This document shows, piece by piece, positions 9,729 to 18,695 of a DNA stretch of 64,000 bases. The number at the start of each line of letters is the position of its first letter. Positions within the stretch are counted from its first letter, which is position 1. The notes under the pieces are model-generated. The model was not told where the DNA came from, did no database searches, and was given only the letters and a program-made list of their open reading frames with translations. Source of the stretch: Ilumatobacter sp. (GTDB taxonomy: Bacteria; Actinomycetota; Acidimicrobiia; Acidimicrobiales; Ilumatobacteraceae). Position numbers and translations under genes: made by a program. The DNA lies in contig JBGCEY010000039.1 of the NCBI GenBank assembly GCA_045106645.1, positions 1,701 through 65,700 of the forward strand. Reading direction: 5' to 3'.

Positions 9729-10220
9729 TCAGACCGTCCGATCGAATCGATGTGTTGCAGGGTTGACCGGTTCGGTTCGCCCGGTTGCTGAGTAGGCGGG
9801 CATGGTGTCTGCGCCGCCCAACGTGGTGATGACTTCGTTTGCGGCCATGGCGCCGTGTCGTCCCAGTTGGGCGCTCGACGCTGTGATCTGCTCGATCTCG
9901 TGGTGCAATGAAACGAGCTGGAGTCGAATCCGACGCCACGGTGCGCGGAAGGGTTCGCCCGCAGCGTCGGCCAACTGAGCGAGGGTTTGATCACCGTCGA
10001 CACCGAGCGACGCAGCGGCCTCACGGGTCACGGCGAGGCGGTCGAGCTCGGAGATCTTGATCTCGTCGACGAGCACCTCGACGTTCTCTGTCACGGCAGG
10101 CAGCCATCGCAAGCGATTGTTGGCGAGCACGAGTTGCTGGATGTCGAGGGCGCAAACGAGTTGCTCCATCTGATCGTGCAGCAACATCAGTCGCCTGGTG
10201 AGTTCGTCGAAGATGTCCAC
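9729..10220 (-). CDS. flgN: Flagellar export chaperone FlgN
   Basis: QQLVLANNRLRWLPAVTENVEVLVDEI pattern of actinobacterial FlgN; directly upstream of flgK; GTG start at 10220. Confidence 0.8.
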   Translation of the reverse strand: MDIFDELTRRLMLLHDQMEQLVCALDIQQLVLANNRLRWLPAVTENVEVLVDEIKISELDRLAVTREAAASLGVDGDQTLAQLADAAGEPFRAPWRRIRLQLVSLHHEIEQITASSAQLGRHGAMAANEVITTLGGADTMPAYSATGRTEPVNPATHRFDRTV

Positions 10221-10377
10221 GCTCGGGATCGTCCGGGCCGTTGTGAAATCTGCAACAAGGTGGCGCGGCCGGGTGATGAATCGGGGCAACCAGCGTGCGT
10301 GATGGGTTGCGAGCCGGACGGTATGGAGTGACCGACCACGTCGAACCCCATCGACCTGTCACTCGAATGTCACCCAC

Positions 10378-10686
10378 ATGATCGAACTCACACGCCTCGG
10401 AAAAAACGACCAGTTCTTCCTCAACCCCGACCTCATCGAGCGCATCGACTGCCATGTCGACTCGATCGTGAGGCTCACCAACGGCATCGAATACGTCGTT
10501 GCGGAGTCGGGGGAGCAGATCGTCGATCTGATCGTCGAGTACCGATCCCGAATTGCGACGCAGGGGCCCATCGTGGCTCGCGATGCGTCGTTCGCCCCCG
10601 CTTCTGACGACGTCGACGTGGCCAATGGCGCCAACGTCGTCGAGCTCACCTCCAACCGCACACCGACTCAAGAGGTCACACCATGA
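10378..10686 (+). CDS. flbD: Flagellar FlbD/SwrD family protein
   Basis: MIELTRL...FFLNPDLIERI...DSIVRLTNG...YVVAES; upstream of motA. Confidence 0.9.
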   Translation: MIELTRLGKNDQFFLNPDLIERIDCHVDSIVRLTNGIEYVVAESGEQIVDLIVEYRSRIATQGPIVARDASFAPASDDVDVANGANVVELTSNRTPTQEVTP

Positions 10687-11468
10687 AAGCAACACTGATC
10701 GGCCTCATGATCGCCGGCTTCGGCACGATCGTCGGCGGCTTCCTGAAGGGCGTCAACCCGGTCGTCCTCATCACGAACGTGCCAGCCATCCTCATCGTGA
10801 TCGTGGGCGGACTCGGCGCCACGATGGCATCGTTCGACATGCGCGCCACCAGCGGCGTGGCCAAGGCCATCAAGAAGGCGATCCTGCCTCCCGCCGAGCC
10901 GCCGCAGTCGGAGAACCTCACGACACTGGTCGACTTCGCGAACCGTGCTCGCCGTGAAGGTCTGCTTTCGCTCGAGTCCGATGTGACCGAACTGGAAGAT
11001 CCATTCATGAAGCGGTCGCTGCAGCTCGCCATCGACGGCAACGATCCGGAAGCGGTTGCGGATGTGATGCGCACCGACATCAAGGCAATGAAGGCTCGTC
11101 ACAAGGTCGCTGCCGATTGGACGCAGGCCTACGGCATCTTCGCTCCGACCTTCGGCATCATCGGCGCGGTGATCGGGCTCATTGCGACCCTCAGCCACCT
11201 CGACGACCCGTCGCTGCTCGGTAAGGGCATCTCGGCGGCATTCGTGGCGACCTTCTGGGGCGTGTTCATCGCCAACGGTCTGATGCTTCCGCTCTCCAAC
11301 AAGCTGAAGCTCATGTCGGCCCAAGAGGTCCAGAGCCGTGAGATGACCATGGAAGGCGTGCTGTCGATTCAGAGTGGCCAGTCCCCACGAGTGATCGAAG
11401 AGACGCTGCTCACCTATCTGTCCCCGGCTGACGCTGAGGCCGTTCGGTCCGAACAGGACGCCGCATGA
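10683..11468 (+). CDS. motA: Flagellar stator protein A
   Basis: ARREGLLSLE, APTFGIIGAVIGLI and AFVATFWGVFIAN motifs. Confidence 0.95.
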   Translation: MKATLIGLMIAGFGTIVGGFLKGVNPVVLITNVPAILIVIVGGLGATMASFDMRATSGVAKAIKKAILPPAEPPQSENLTTLVDFANRARREGLLSLESDVTELEDPFMKRSLQLAIDGNDPEAVADVMRTDIKAMKARHKVAADWTQAYGIFAPTFGIIGAVIGLIATLSHLDDPSLLGKGISAAFVATFWGVFIANGLMLPLSNKLKLMSAQEVQSREMTMEGVLSIQSGQSPRVIEETLLTYLSPADAEAVRSEQDAA

Positions 11469-12451
11469 GTGGCGGCGAGTCACGCGGACGTCGCCGACAC
11501 GAAGAACACGAAGAACACGAAGAGCACGTCAACCACGAAGCCTGGGTGATCCCCTACGCCGACGTGCTCACACTCCTTATGGCGCTGTTCCTGGTGCTTT
11601 GGGCGCTTGGTGACACCAACGACGAAAAGACCGAGATCGCCGCCGAGTCGTTCCGCCGTGAACTCGGTGGCGGTGCCGGCCCTGGGATCGACGTTGGAAT
11701 CGGCAACGGCGGTGGACCGCTCGCTGCTGGTGGGATCAGCATCCTCGAAGGCGCTGGACCCGCGCTGCAACCTTCGGGAGATGGCGGTGACGCCGCAGCA
11801 GACGCCGCCGGTGTCGATGCTGATGAATCCGGAATGGGCGACGACGATGCGGGGGTCTTGTCGGGCGTGAGCCCGAACGACATCTCGCCGGATGACCCTC
11901 GGTTCGAGCCGCTCGAAGACCCAATGTTCGACTCCAACGGCTCGCCGGTGGTCGCTGTCGACAACCGCACCGGCAACGTCGATGACGCCGAAGACCTCGC
12001 TGACCCGCTCGACGACATCGAACGTGCGGTGCGCGAGGAAGCCGAAGGCAGTGGCCTGTCCACCTCGGTCGGCTTCCGACGCGAGGCGCGCGGTCTCGTG
12101 GTGTCGATCGTGTCGGACAGTGTGCTGTTCGGCGAAGGTGCCGCCGACGTGCAGCTCGGTGGCATCACCATCTTGGACGTGGTCGCCGATGCGCTCGCGG
12201 ACCGTGCGAATCCGATCATCGTGGAGGGTCATACCGACAGCAGACCGATCTCCACTGCGGAGTTTCCATCCAACTGGGAACTGTCGACAGCTCGGGCTAC
12301 CTCGGTGCTGCGATTCCTGTCCGAAGACCGGGGCCTCGACGCCGGGCGTCTTTCAGCTGCCGGCTACGCGGATACTCGCCCGCTGACCGATGGCGAAGAC
12401 CCCGCCTCGCTCGCCCGTAACCGACGTGTCGAAATCGTCGTGATCGGCTGA
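11465..12451 (+). CDS. motB: Flagellar stator protein B
   Basis: WVIPYADVLTLLMALFLVLWA TM with conserved Asp; OmpA-like domain VEGHTD...NWELSTARA...NRRVEIVV; long acidic linker. Confidence 0.95.
   Translation: MSGGESRGRRRHEEHEEHEEHVNHEAWVIPYADVLTLLMALFLVLWALGDTNDEKTEIAAESFRRELGGGAGPGIDVGIGNGGGPLAAGGISILEGAGPALQPSGDGGDAAADAAGVDADESGMGDDDAGVLSGVSPNDISPDDPRFEPLEDPMFDSNGSPVVAVDNRTGNVDDAEDLADPLDDIERAVREEAEGSGLSTSVGFRREARGLVVSIVSDSVLFGEGAADVQLGGITILDVVADALADRANPIIVEGHTDSRPISTAEFPSNWELSTARATSVLRFLSEDRGLDAGRLSAAGYADTRPLTDGEDPASLARNRRVEIVVIG
11498..11527 (+). repeat. 9-bp tandem repeat (CACGAAGAA x3) in the motB 5' end
   Basis: Encodes HEEHEEHEEH. Confidence 0.85.
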
Positions 12452-12580
12452 TTGCGCACACGCGGCGTTCGACGTCAGCGGAGTCTCAAGACTCCCTCTC
12501 GATGCGAGCACCACAGACGGTCCCACGGACGGTCTCACTCACCAGTATCCACCCCTCGGCGCGAACAGGAAGTTTGCATC

Positions 12581-13111
12581 ATGCCTGACAAGAAGTCATC
12601 CAAAGAAGATTCAGAAGAGAAGGGCGGCGGCGCCAAGAAATTGTTGCCCGTCGTCGTGATCGGCATCGTCATGCTCGGCGGCGGCTATTTCGTCGGCGGC
12701 ATGATGTCGGGAGGCGGCGAGGCCGAACCCGTTGCCGACGCAGCTGAAGATGAAGCAGCTGCAGAGGAAGAGGAGACGGTCGAACTCGGCGATCTCGAAG
12801 CCCTCGACGCGGTGAACGTCAACTTGCTCGACGGACACTTCCTGCGAATCGCCGTGACCCTCGAAGTCGCCCACGAGGAGCACGAAGAGAGCGGCGACGA
12901 CGGCCACGGCGCGACGGAAGTGGAAGAAGTCGAGTTCCCGACCGCTCCGGCGGCGGACTTGGTGCTCTCCACCTTCTCGGGGCGCTCGATGGAAGAGCTC
13001 GCCAGTGCTGAAGGCCGAGAGGCCGCCCGCACCGAGCTGCTCCACGCGGTCGAAGAGAAGTACGGCGAAAAGGTCGTGTCCCTCTACTTCACGGAGTTCG
13101 TCATGCAGTAG
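12581..13111 (+). CDS. fliL: Flagellar basal body-associated protein FliL
   Basis: N-terminal TM, VNVNLLDGHFLRIAVTL and C-terminal VVSLYFTEFVMQ. Confidence 0.92.
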   Translation: MPDKKSSKEDSEEKGGGAKKLLPVVVIGIVMLGGGYFVGGMMSGGGEAEPVADAAEDEAAAEEEETVELGDLEALDAVNVNLLDGHFLRIAVTLEVAHEEHEESGDDGHGATEVEEVEFPTAPAADLVLSTFSGRSMEELASAEGREAARTELLHAVEEKYGEKVVSLYFTEFVMQ

Positions 13112-13190
13112 CGAGCGCTTGCTCATCTCGGTGACGCCAGGACGGCAACACCTCGCACGACTTGTAGATCACGACTCACGGAGGAGTCCG

Positions 13191-13901
13191 ATGCATTCCA
13201 CGACCATTATCAAAGAACCATTCGATAGAACCGGGCCAGCGGCTGCCGGCTCACGAGCCCCCATCACCTTTGCGGCGTCCCCGTTCGGGTCGCCGCAATG
13301 CACCCCGACCAGCGAGTACGAGCGGCGATTCCGTCGCCGGCTTCGTGACCTGGGTGGCGACGCAGAACCGGCCACCGGCACGCCGCGACGCCCTGTCGTG
13401 TCCACGCTCGTTGCGTCACTGCGTGGCGGCAACACGCCTGACCATGTGTTGTCGATCGCCCTCGGGTTGAACGCCAGCGACCTCGCTCAGGCGTACGACC
13501 ACCTCGACCGGTTGCGGCGCACCGCATGTGATGCACTCGACGATCTCGTCTTCGATCCGACCATTGCTCGGTTTCAGAGTGTCGTGGGGATCATCGAACC
13601 GCTGATTCCGCAGATCGTTGGCTCGCTCACGGTCACCGCACGGGACCAGCCCGACCTCTTCGAGGCCGAGGTGCGTCGATTCGAACAGCGGATGGAAGAG
13701 TTGGCACAGGAGTGCGATACCACCGAGGCGCTCATCGAGCGGGGCATGCGCCCTGCCGGATCCTTGGTTGCTCGTCTCGACGACGGACGCGGCGGTGGCA
13801 TCCACCACGAACCGGCCTACCGGCCGAGCCGTGTTGGCGATCTCACGCCTGTTCGCCTGGCAGCGTTGCTCGGCGAATCCCTGAAAGAACCGGTCCGATG
13901 A
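13191..13901 (+). CDS. Hypothetical helical protein
   Basis: GGAGG SD before ATG 13191; helical/coiled-coil C-terminal half; ATGA overlap with the next gene. Confidence 0.7.
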   Translation: MHSTTIIKEPFDRTGPAAAGSRAPITFAASPFGSPQCTPTSEYERRFRRRLRDLGGDAEPATGTPRRPVVSTLVASLRGGNTPDHVLSIALGLNASDLAQAYDHLDRLRRTACDALDDLVFDPTIARFQSVVGIIEPLIPQIVGSLTVTARDQPDLFEAEVRRFEQRMEELAQECDTTEALIERGMRPAGSLVARLDDGRGGGIHHEPAYRPSRVGDLTPVRLAALLGESLKEPVR

Positions 13902-14638
13902 GCTCGGTGACCCGGTCGCTGCAGTTCAGCCTCGGTGGCGTGTGGCTTGCTGAGCACACGCTGCAGACGCTTGGCGCCGGAGTTGCCGTCTTTGACCACG
14001 ATGCTCGCCTCACGCAAGCGGACGACAGAACGATCGAACTGCTCTGCCTCGAGTCGACCGGCTCGAGCGACTACCGCCTGGACCACGACCGGTGGTCCGC
14101 GATTCACCTCGACGGCGCACCACTCCAAGAGCACTCCGATCCTGTTCGGCTGGCACTGTCGATCGAGTCGGCATCTGTTGCTGATGTCATTGGTGTGTAC
14201 ACCGATGAGGATCAGATGCGGTGGCTTGCCGTGACGGCGCTCCCACTTGCGGGCTTCGATGGGCGCACGCAAGCAGTGCTTGCGTCGTTCGTGGAAGTCA
14301 CGGGGATCATCCGTGACCGCGCTGCTGTGGACTTGGCTGAACAACTCGGCCGAGCCGCCTTCGACGATGTCGGGGTGGCGCTGTGCGTGGTCGATGAACG
14401 ATTCGATCTCGTCGAATGGAACCGGGCGTTCGCCGTCGCGGTGGACCGTCCGGACTACGAGTTGCTCGCCACTCCGCTCGAGCGCTGGATCGAGGATGCC
14501 CGAGCTGCGGTGCTGGAAGCCCGTGACGAAAAGGGGACTACCACGATGAGTCTGTGGCTCGACGGTTCGCCAGTGTGTATCCGTGCGTGGCGAACCGATC
14601 AGGTGCGCAGCGGTGCCACGATGGTGCAGTTGACCTGA
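13898..14638 (+). CDS. PAS-domain protein without an output domain
   Basis: PAS-like GVAVFDHDARL...RWLAVTALPL...VLASFVEVT, then a second shorter PAS-like segment (VALCVVDERFDLVEWNRAF). No kinase, GGDEF or MCP domain. Confidence 0.7.
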   Translation: MSSVTRSLQFSLGGVWLAEHTLQTLGAGVAVFDHDARLTQADDRTIELLCLESTGSSDYRLDHDRWSAIHLDGAPLQEHSDPVRLALSIESASVADVIGVYTDEDQMRWLAVTALPLAGFDGRTQAVLASFVEVTGIIRDRAAVDLAEQLGRAAFDDVGVALCVVDERFDLVEWNRAFAVAVDRPDYELLATPLERWIEDARAAVLEARDEKGTTTMSLWLDGSPVCIRAWRTDQVRSGATMVQLT

Positions 14639-14650
14639 TCGAACCCGAGG

Positions 14651-15157
14651 TCAGTCGACGGTCTTGTTGCTGGCGGCCTCGGGGGAGCGTGCCCACATGA
14701 GCGCGCTGTCGAAGCCCAGCTTGTAGTCCGGGCGAAACTCGATGATCACGCGGTCGGGGGAGTCGAGGAACGTCTGAAACGTCGTGGCTGCAGTCTCGTC
14801 GTCTGGGCGAATCCAACGGGCGAATCGTGGATAGAACCAGTCTTTGATGTCGCGCGACGAGTGCACGGTGCACTCACCCTTGTAGGTGATGGTCTTGCCC
14901 GTCCCCATGTCGGTTCCAGTGCTCGTGACGCACATGGATGCCCGAGGAAATCGTCGGACCGCAGAGATCCGAGCGCGCCGCTCGGCTGCAGTCAACCAGA
15001 ACGTTCCGTCGTGGTGGAGGTACGACATGATCACGCCGAACGCTTCGCCAGCCTTGTTGGTCCACATGAACGTGCACTCGCGTTGCGTGCTGATCAGTTG
15101 TTGTTCGAGCGCGGGAGCGAGCCCGCATTCGGTCAGATCTTCGTAGTCGCTGTCCAT
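14651..15157 (-). CDS. Pyridoxamine 5'-phosphate oxidase-like (split-barrel flavin/F420-binding) protein
   Basis: ECTFMWT...GTFWLT...RARISAVRRFPRASMCV; size and pattern of actinobacterial FDOR proteins. Confidence 0.7.
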   Translation of the reverse strand: MDSDYEDLTECGLAPALEQQLISTQRECTFMWTNKAGEAFGVIMSYLHHDGTFWLTAAERRARISAVRRFPRASMCVTSTGTDMGTGKTITYKGECTVHSSRDIKDWFYPRFARWIRPDDETAATTFQTFLDSPDRVIIEFRPDYKLGFDSALMWARSPEAASNKTVD

Positions 15158-15269
15158 GTTTTCATCGTGTCAGGCAGACTCGTCGTCGAGCCACTCGGAG
15201 CTCCGACCGTTGGTCTCACGGTGTGACTGTGTGACCTGACACGGCATTGACTCGGCGGCGAGTGCTCGC

Positions 15270-15298
15270 TTGACAAGATACTGTCCAGCGGTCAGTAT
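15270..15298 (+). promoter_or_regulatory. Sigma70-type promoter of the oxygenase operon
   Basis: TTGACA (15270-15275), N17, CAGTAT (15293-15298). An in-frame GTG at 15306 lies 7 nt downstream (possible leaderless start). GACA-N6-TGTC inverted repeat overlaps the -35. Confidence 0.6.
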
Positions 15299-16793
15299 GT
15301 CGGGCGTGCCAGCAAGCATCATCAACCGCGTCACGCCCACGATCGAACCGAACGATCACCCGTACATGAATGGCCCCTGGACGCCGCAATACGAAGAAGT
15401 GGATGCCACCGAGATGGAGGTGATCGGTGAGATCCCGACCGACCTCGACGGCATCTATGTCCGCAACACCGAGAACCCGGTCCACGATGCCATTGGCGTG
15501 TATCACCCGTTCGACGGTGACGGCATGTTGCACACGATGTCGTTCAAGAATGGCGCCGCCACCTATCGCAACCGGTTCGTACGCACCGAGGGATTCCTCG
15601 CTGAAGCCGAGGCGGGCCACGCGCTGTGGACGGGCCTCACGGGGAACCCGAAGAAGTCGCTGCGCCCGGGCTGGGGTGCTCGCGGCGGGATGAAGGATGC
15701 GTCGTCGACCGACGTCGTCGTCCACGCGGGTGAAATCGTCTCCACCCACTACATGTGTGGCGAGGGGTACCGCTTCGACCCGAACACCATGAACCAGATC
15801 GGCACAGCGAACTGGGTGCCGCCCGAGGGTGTGTCCGCGCACCCGAAGGTCGACCTGGAAACCGGCGAGATGCTCTTCTTCAACTACGGCCAGCAGGCGC
15901 CGTTCATGCACTACGGCGTGGTCGGGGCGGACCGCAAACTCAAGCACCTGATCCCCATCGAGTTGCCGGGCCCGCGCCTGCCTCATGACATGGCGTTCAC
16001 CAAGAACTACTCGATCCTGATCGACCTGCCGTTTTTCTGGAACGCAGAGCTGATGGAAGCCGGCTTCTTCGTGCCGACGTTCCATGATCACCTGCCCACT
16101 CGGTTCGCGATCGTCCCACGGTTCGGTCAGCCGAGCGAGATCCGTTGGTTCGAGGCCGACCCGACGTTCGTGTTGCACTGGATGAACGCATACGAAGAGG
16201 GCAACGAGATCGTGCTCGACGGCTACTTCCAAGAAGACCCGGACCCGGCTCCGCTCGACGCACCCGGGCGCGATCCACGCATTGCCAAGGTCATGGCGGG
16301 TATCGACGAGGCGTCGTTCAAGCCTCGGCTGCACCGATGGCGCTTCAACCTCGACACGGGAGCGACCCGCGAAGAGCACCTGGACGAACGCAATCTCGAA
16401 TTCGGCATGTGGAACCAGCACTACGCCGGCAAGAAGAACCGCTACCTGTACTCCACCACCGCGGAGCCGGGCTGGTTCCTCTTCAACGGCATGGTGAAGC
16501 ACGACCTGGAGACCGGCGATTCGGTTTCGCTCGACTTCGGCGCGGGACGCTTCGGGAGCGAGGCCCCGTTCTGTCCACGCGTCGGCGCCACCGCCGAAGA
16601 CGATGGGTACCTGATGTCGTTCATCACGGACATGAACGAGCAGCGCTCCGAATGCGTGATCATCGATGCGCGCGATGTGGCCGCCGGGCCGATCTGTCGG
16701 ATCATCCTTCCTCATCAGATCTCGAGTGGGACCCACGCCACCTGGGCCTCGCACGACGAGATCGCCGCTGGCCTGGCCAACGCGCGAGCCTGA
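15297..16793 (+). CDS. Carotenoid cleavage oxygenase / lignostilbene dioxygenase family (RPE65 superfamily)
   Basis: HPFDGDGMLH, SAHPKVD, PHDMAFT, FVLHW and GTHATW supply the four Fe-ligating His. Start is ATG 15297 or GTG 15306. Confidence 0.92.
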   Translation: MSGVPASIINRVTPTIEPNDHPYMNGPWTPQYEEVDATEMEVIGEIPTDLDGIYVRNTENPVHDAIGVYHPFDGDGMLHTMSFKNGAATYRNRFVRTEGFLAEAEAGHALWTGLTGNPKKSLRPGWGARGGMKDASSTDVVVHAGEIVSTHYMCGEGYRFDPNTMNQIGTANWVPPEGVSAHPKVDLETGEMLFFNYGQQAPFMHYGVVGADRKLKHLIPIELPGPRLPHDMAFTKNYSILIDLPFFWNAELMEAGFFVPTFHDHLPTRFAIVPRFGQPSEIRWFEADPTFVLHWMNAYEEGNEIVLDGYFQEDPDPAPLDAPGRDPRIAKVMAGIDEASFKPRLHRWRFNLDTGATREEHLDERNLEFGMWNQHYAGKKNRYLYSTTAEPGWFLFNGMVKHDLETGDSVSLDFGAGRFGSEAPFCPRVGATAEDDGYLMSFITDMNEQRSECVIIDARDVAAGPICRIILPHQISSGTHATWASHDEIAAGLANARA

Positions 16794-16815
16794 CACGAAA
16801 CAGCCAGGAGCAACC

Positions 16816-18054
16816 ATGAACGAACCCGTGTACATCTTGGGCGGAAGTCAGACCGACTTCGCCCGCAACTGGAGCCGACAGGATCTGAGCCTGTTCGACT
16901 TGTTCACCGAAGCAGTGACCGGTGCGCTCGATGACGCATCGCTCGATGCTCGAGACATCGAGGTCGGACATGTCGGCAATTTCGTTGCGGAGTTGTTCAC
17001 CGGTCAGGGGATGCTCGGTGGCTACTTCGGCCACGTGCATCCCGACTTTGCCGGCATGCCGGCGTCGCGCCACGAAGGCGCTTGTGCGTCGGGTTCGCTT
17101 GCTGCGATGGCCGCCATGGCGGACATCCAGAGCGGTCGGTACGACGTTGCCTGCGTGGCCGGCGTTGAATACATGCGCAATGTGAAGGGCATCGAAGCCG
17201 GCCAGCACCTCGGTGCCGCGGTGTGGGTCGGCGAGGAAGCCACCGACGCCGACTACATCTGGCCGCGGATGTTCTCCGAACTCGCGGTCGAGTACGACCG
17301 CCGGTACGGCCTCGACCATCAGCACCTGATGGGTATCGCGGAAACCAACTTCGCGAACGCCAAGCGCAACCCGAATGCGCAGACCCGCGCGTGGGAGTTC
17401 ACCGCCGACAGCTTCGCCGCTGATGACCAGACCAACCCGGTGGTCGACGGCTGGATGCGCCGCCAGGACTGCAGTCAGATCACCGATGGTGCCGCCGTCG
17501 TGATCCTGGCATCGGCCACGCGCGCCGCCGAGTACGCTGCCGGCCGGGGCATCGACCTCGATTCGCTTCCCAAGATCGATGGCTGGGGCCACACCACTGC
17601 ACCGATGTTGCTGGAGACAAAACTGCAGCACAGTGCGGACGACCCGTATGTGTTCCCGTGGGTGCGCAAAGCCATCACCGACGCATACGTGCGGGCCGGA
17701 ATCACCGGCCCCGAGCAACTCGATGCCATCGAGACGCATGACTGCTTCACCATCAACGAGTACATGGCAATCGACCACTTCGGCATCACTGCGCCGGGCG
17801 AAGCATGGAAGGCCATCGAGGATGGTCGCATTGCCGCCGATGGCGCCATTCCCATCAACGCATCCGGCGGTCTCATGGGCGTGGGCCATCCGGTCGGTGC
17901 GACCGGCGTGCGGATGCTGCTCGACGCTTCGAAGCAGGTCACCGATCAGGCCGGGGAGTATCAGGTCGACGGGGCCAAGCGGGTCGCCACCTACAACGTC
18001 GGCGGATCAGCCACCACCAACTGCTCGTTCGTGGTCAGCTCGGTACCGGCGTGA
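16816..18054 (+). CDS. Thiolase, SCP2/SCP-x type
   Basis: HEGACASGS, HDCF, INASGGLMGVGHPVGATG and FANAKRNPNAQ motifs. Confidence 0.9.
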   Translation: MNEPVYILGGSQTDFARNWSRQDLSLFDLFTEAVTGALDDASLDARDIEVGHVGNFVAELFTGQGMLGGYFGHVHPDFAGMPASRHEGACASGSLAAMAAMADIQSGRYDVACVAGVEYMRNVKGIEAGQHLGAAVWVGEEATDADYIWPRMFSELAVEYDRRYGLDHQHLMGIAETNFANAKRNPNAQTRAWEFTADSFAADDQTNPVVDGWMRRQDCSQITDGAAVVILASATRAAEYAAGRGIDLDSLPKIDGWGHTTAPMLLETKLQHSADDPYVFPWVRKAITDAYVRAGITGPEQLDAIETHDCFTINEYMAIDHFGITAPGEAWKAIEDGRIAADGAIPINASGGLMGVGHPVGATGVRMLLDASKQVTDQAGEYQVDGAKRVATYNVGGSATTNCSFVVSSVPA

Positions 18055-18500
18055 CCTCCTCACCACTCGAGTCGCCACAGTTCGAGGCCGTCGAGGCAAT
18101 CATGTCGGCCTGGCAAGATCGAGAGATCGAGCCGGTGCTTGCGCAGTTGAGTAACGACGTGGAGTTCACATTCGCCATCGGGAAGCGCCCCCTCGTGGGC
18201 AAGGACCGTGTGCGCAGCATGCTCGAGTTCCTGCAGTCGCATCAGCGTGACGTGAAGTGGCGAACCGTGTTTCGTGCGCAAACCGGCAACGTGGTCTTCG
18301 TCGAAGGAATCGACGACTACATCAACCCGGACGGACATCACGTGCTCACGCCGCACGTCAGCATCTTCGAGTTCGACGGCGACAAGATCAACCGCTGGCG
18401 CGACTACTACGACCAACGTCAGCTGGAGTCCGCCGAAGCCGGGGAACCAATCTCGCAGTGGGCGGCTCCGTTCGTTGCAGCCGATCGAGGAACGCTGTGA
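18051..18500 (+). CDS. NTF2/SnoaL-like protein (limonene-1,2-epoxide hydrolase-like)
   Basis: GNVVFVEGIDD...FEFDGDKINRWRDYYD; GTG start overlaps the thiolase stop. Confidence 0.75.
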   Translation: MTSSPLESPQFEAVEAIMSAWQDREIEPVLAQLSNDVEFTFAIGKRPLVGKDRVRSMLEFLQSHQRDVKWRTVFRAQTGNVVFVEGIDDYINPDGHHVLTPHVSIFEFDGDKINRWRDYYDQRQLESAEAGEPISQWAAPFVAADRGTL

Positions 18501-18658
18501 GCGACACCTTGGCATTGGCACGCGAGTTCATGCGTGCTGCCGAGGCAGGTGACATCGAAGCCGTCCGAGCGTGCTTTCACTCCGATGCCGGCAAGATTCG
18601 GCTCATCGAGGAGTACCTCGATCCGGCGCCGCTCGCTGCGCTGGCTGCGCAAGTCTGA
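18497..18658 (+). pseudogene. Internally deleted SnoaL/NTF2-like gene remnant (53 aa)
   Basis: The N-terminal motif LAREFMRAAEAGDIEAVRACFHSDA is joined directly to the C-terminal motif GKIRLIEEYLDPA; the central ~70 aa of the fold are missing. Confidence 0.65.
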
Positions 18659-18695
18659 TGCAGTCGAGTTACTGAAGCTGCGTTAAGTTACGCCG

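Noticed and set aside
10226-10254. Sigma28-like promoter before flgN (TGCAG-N16-GACGATCC, minus strand)
   Set aside because: Both elements deviate too far from consensus to support by eye.
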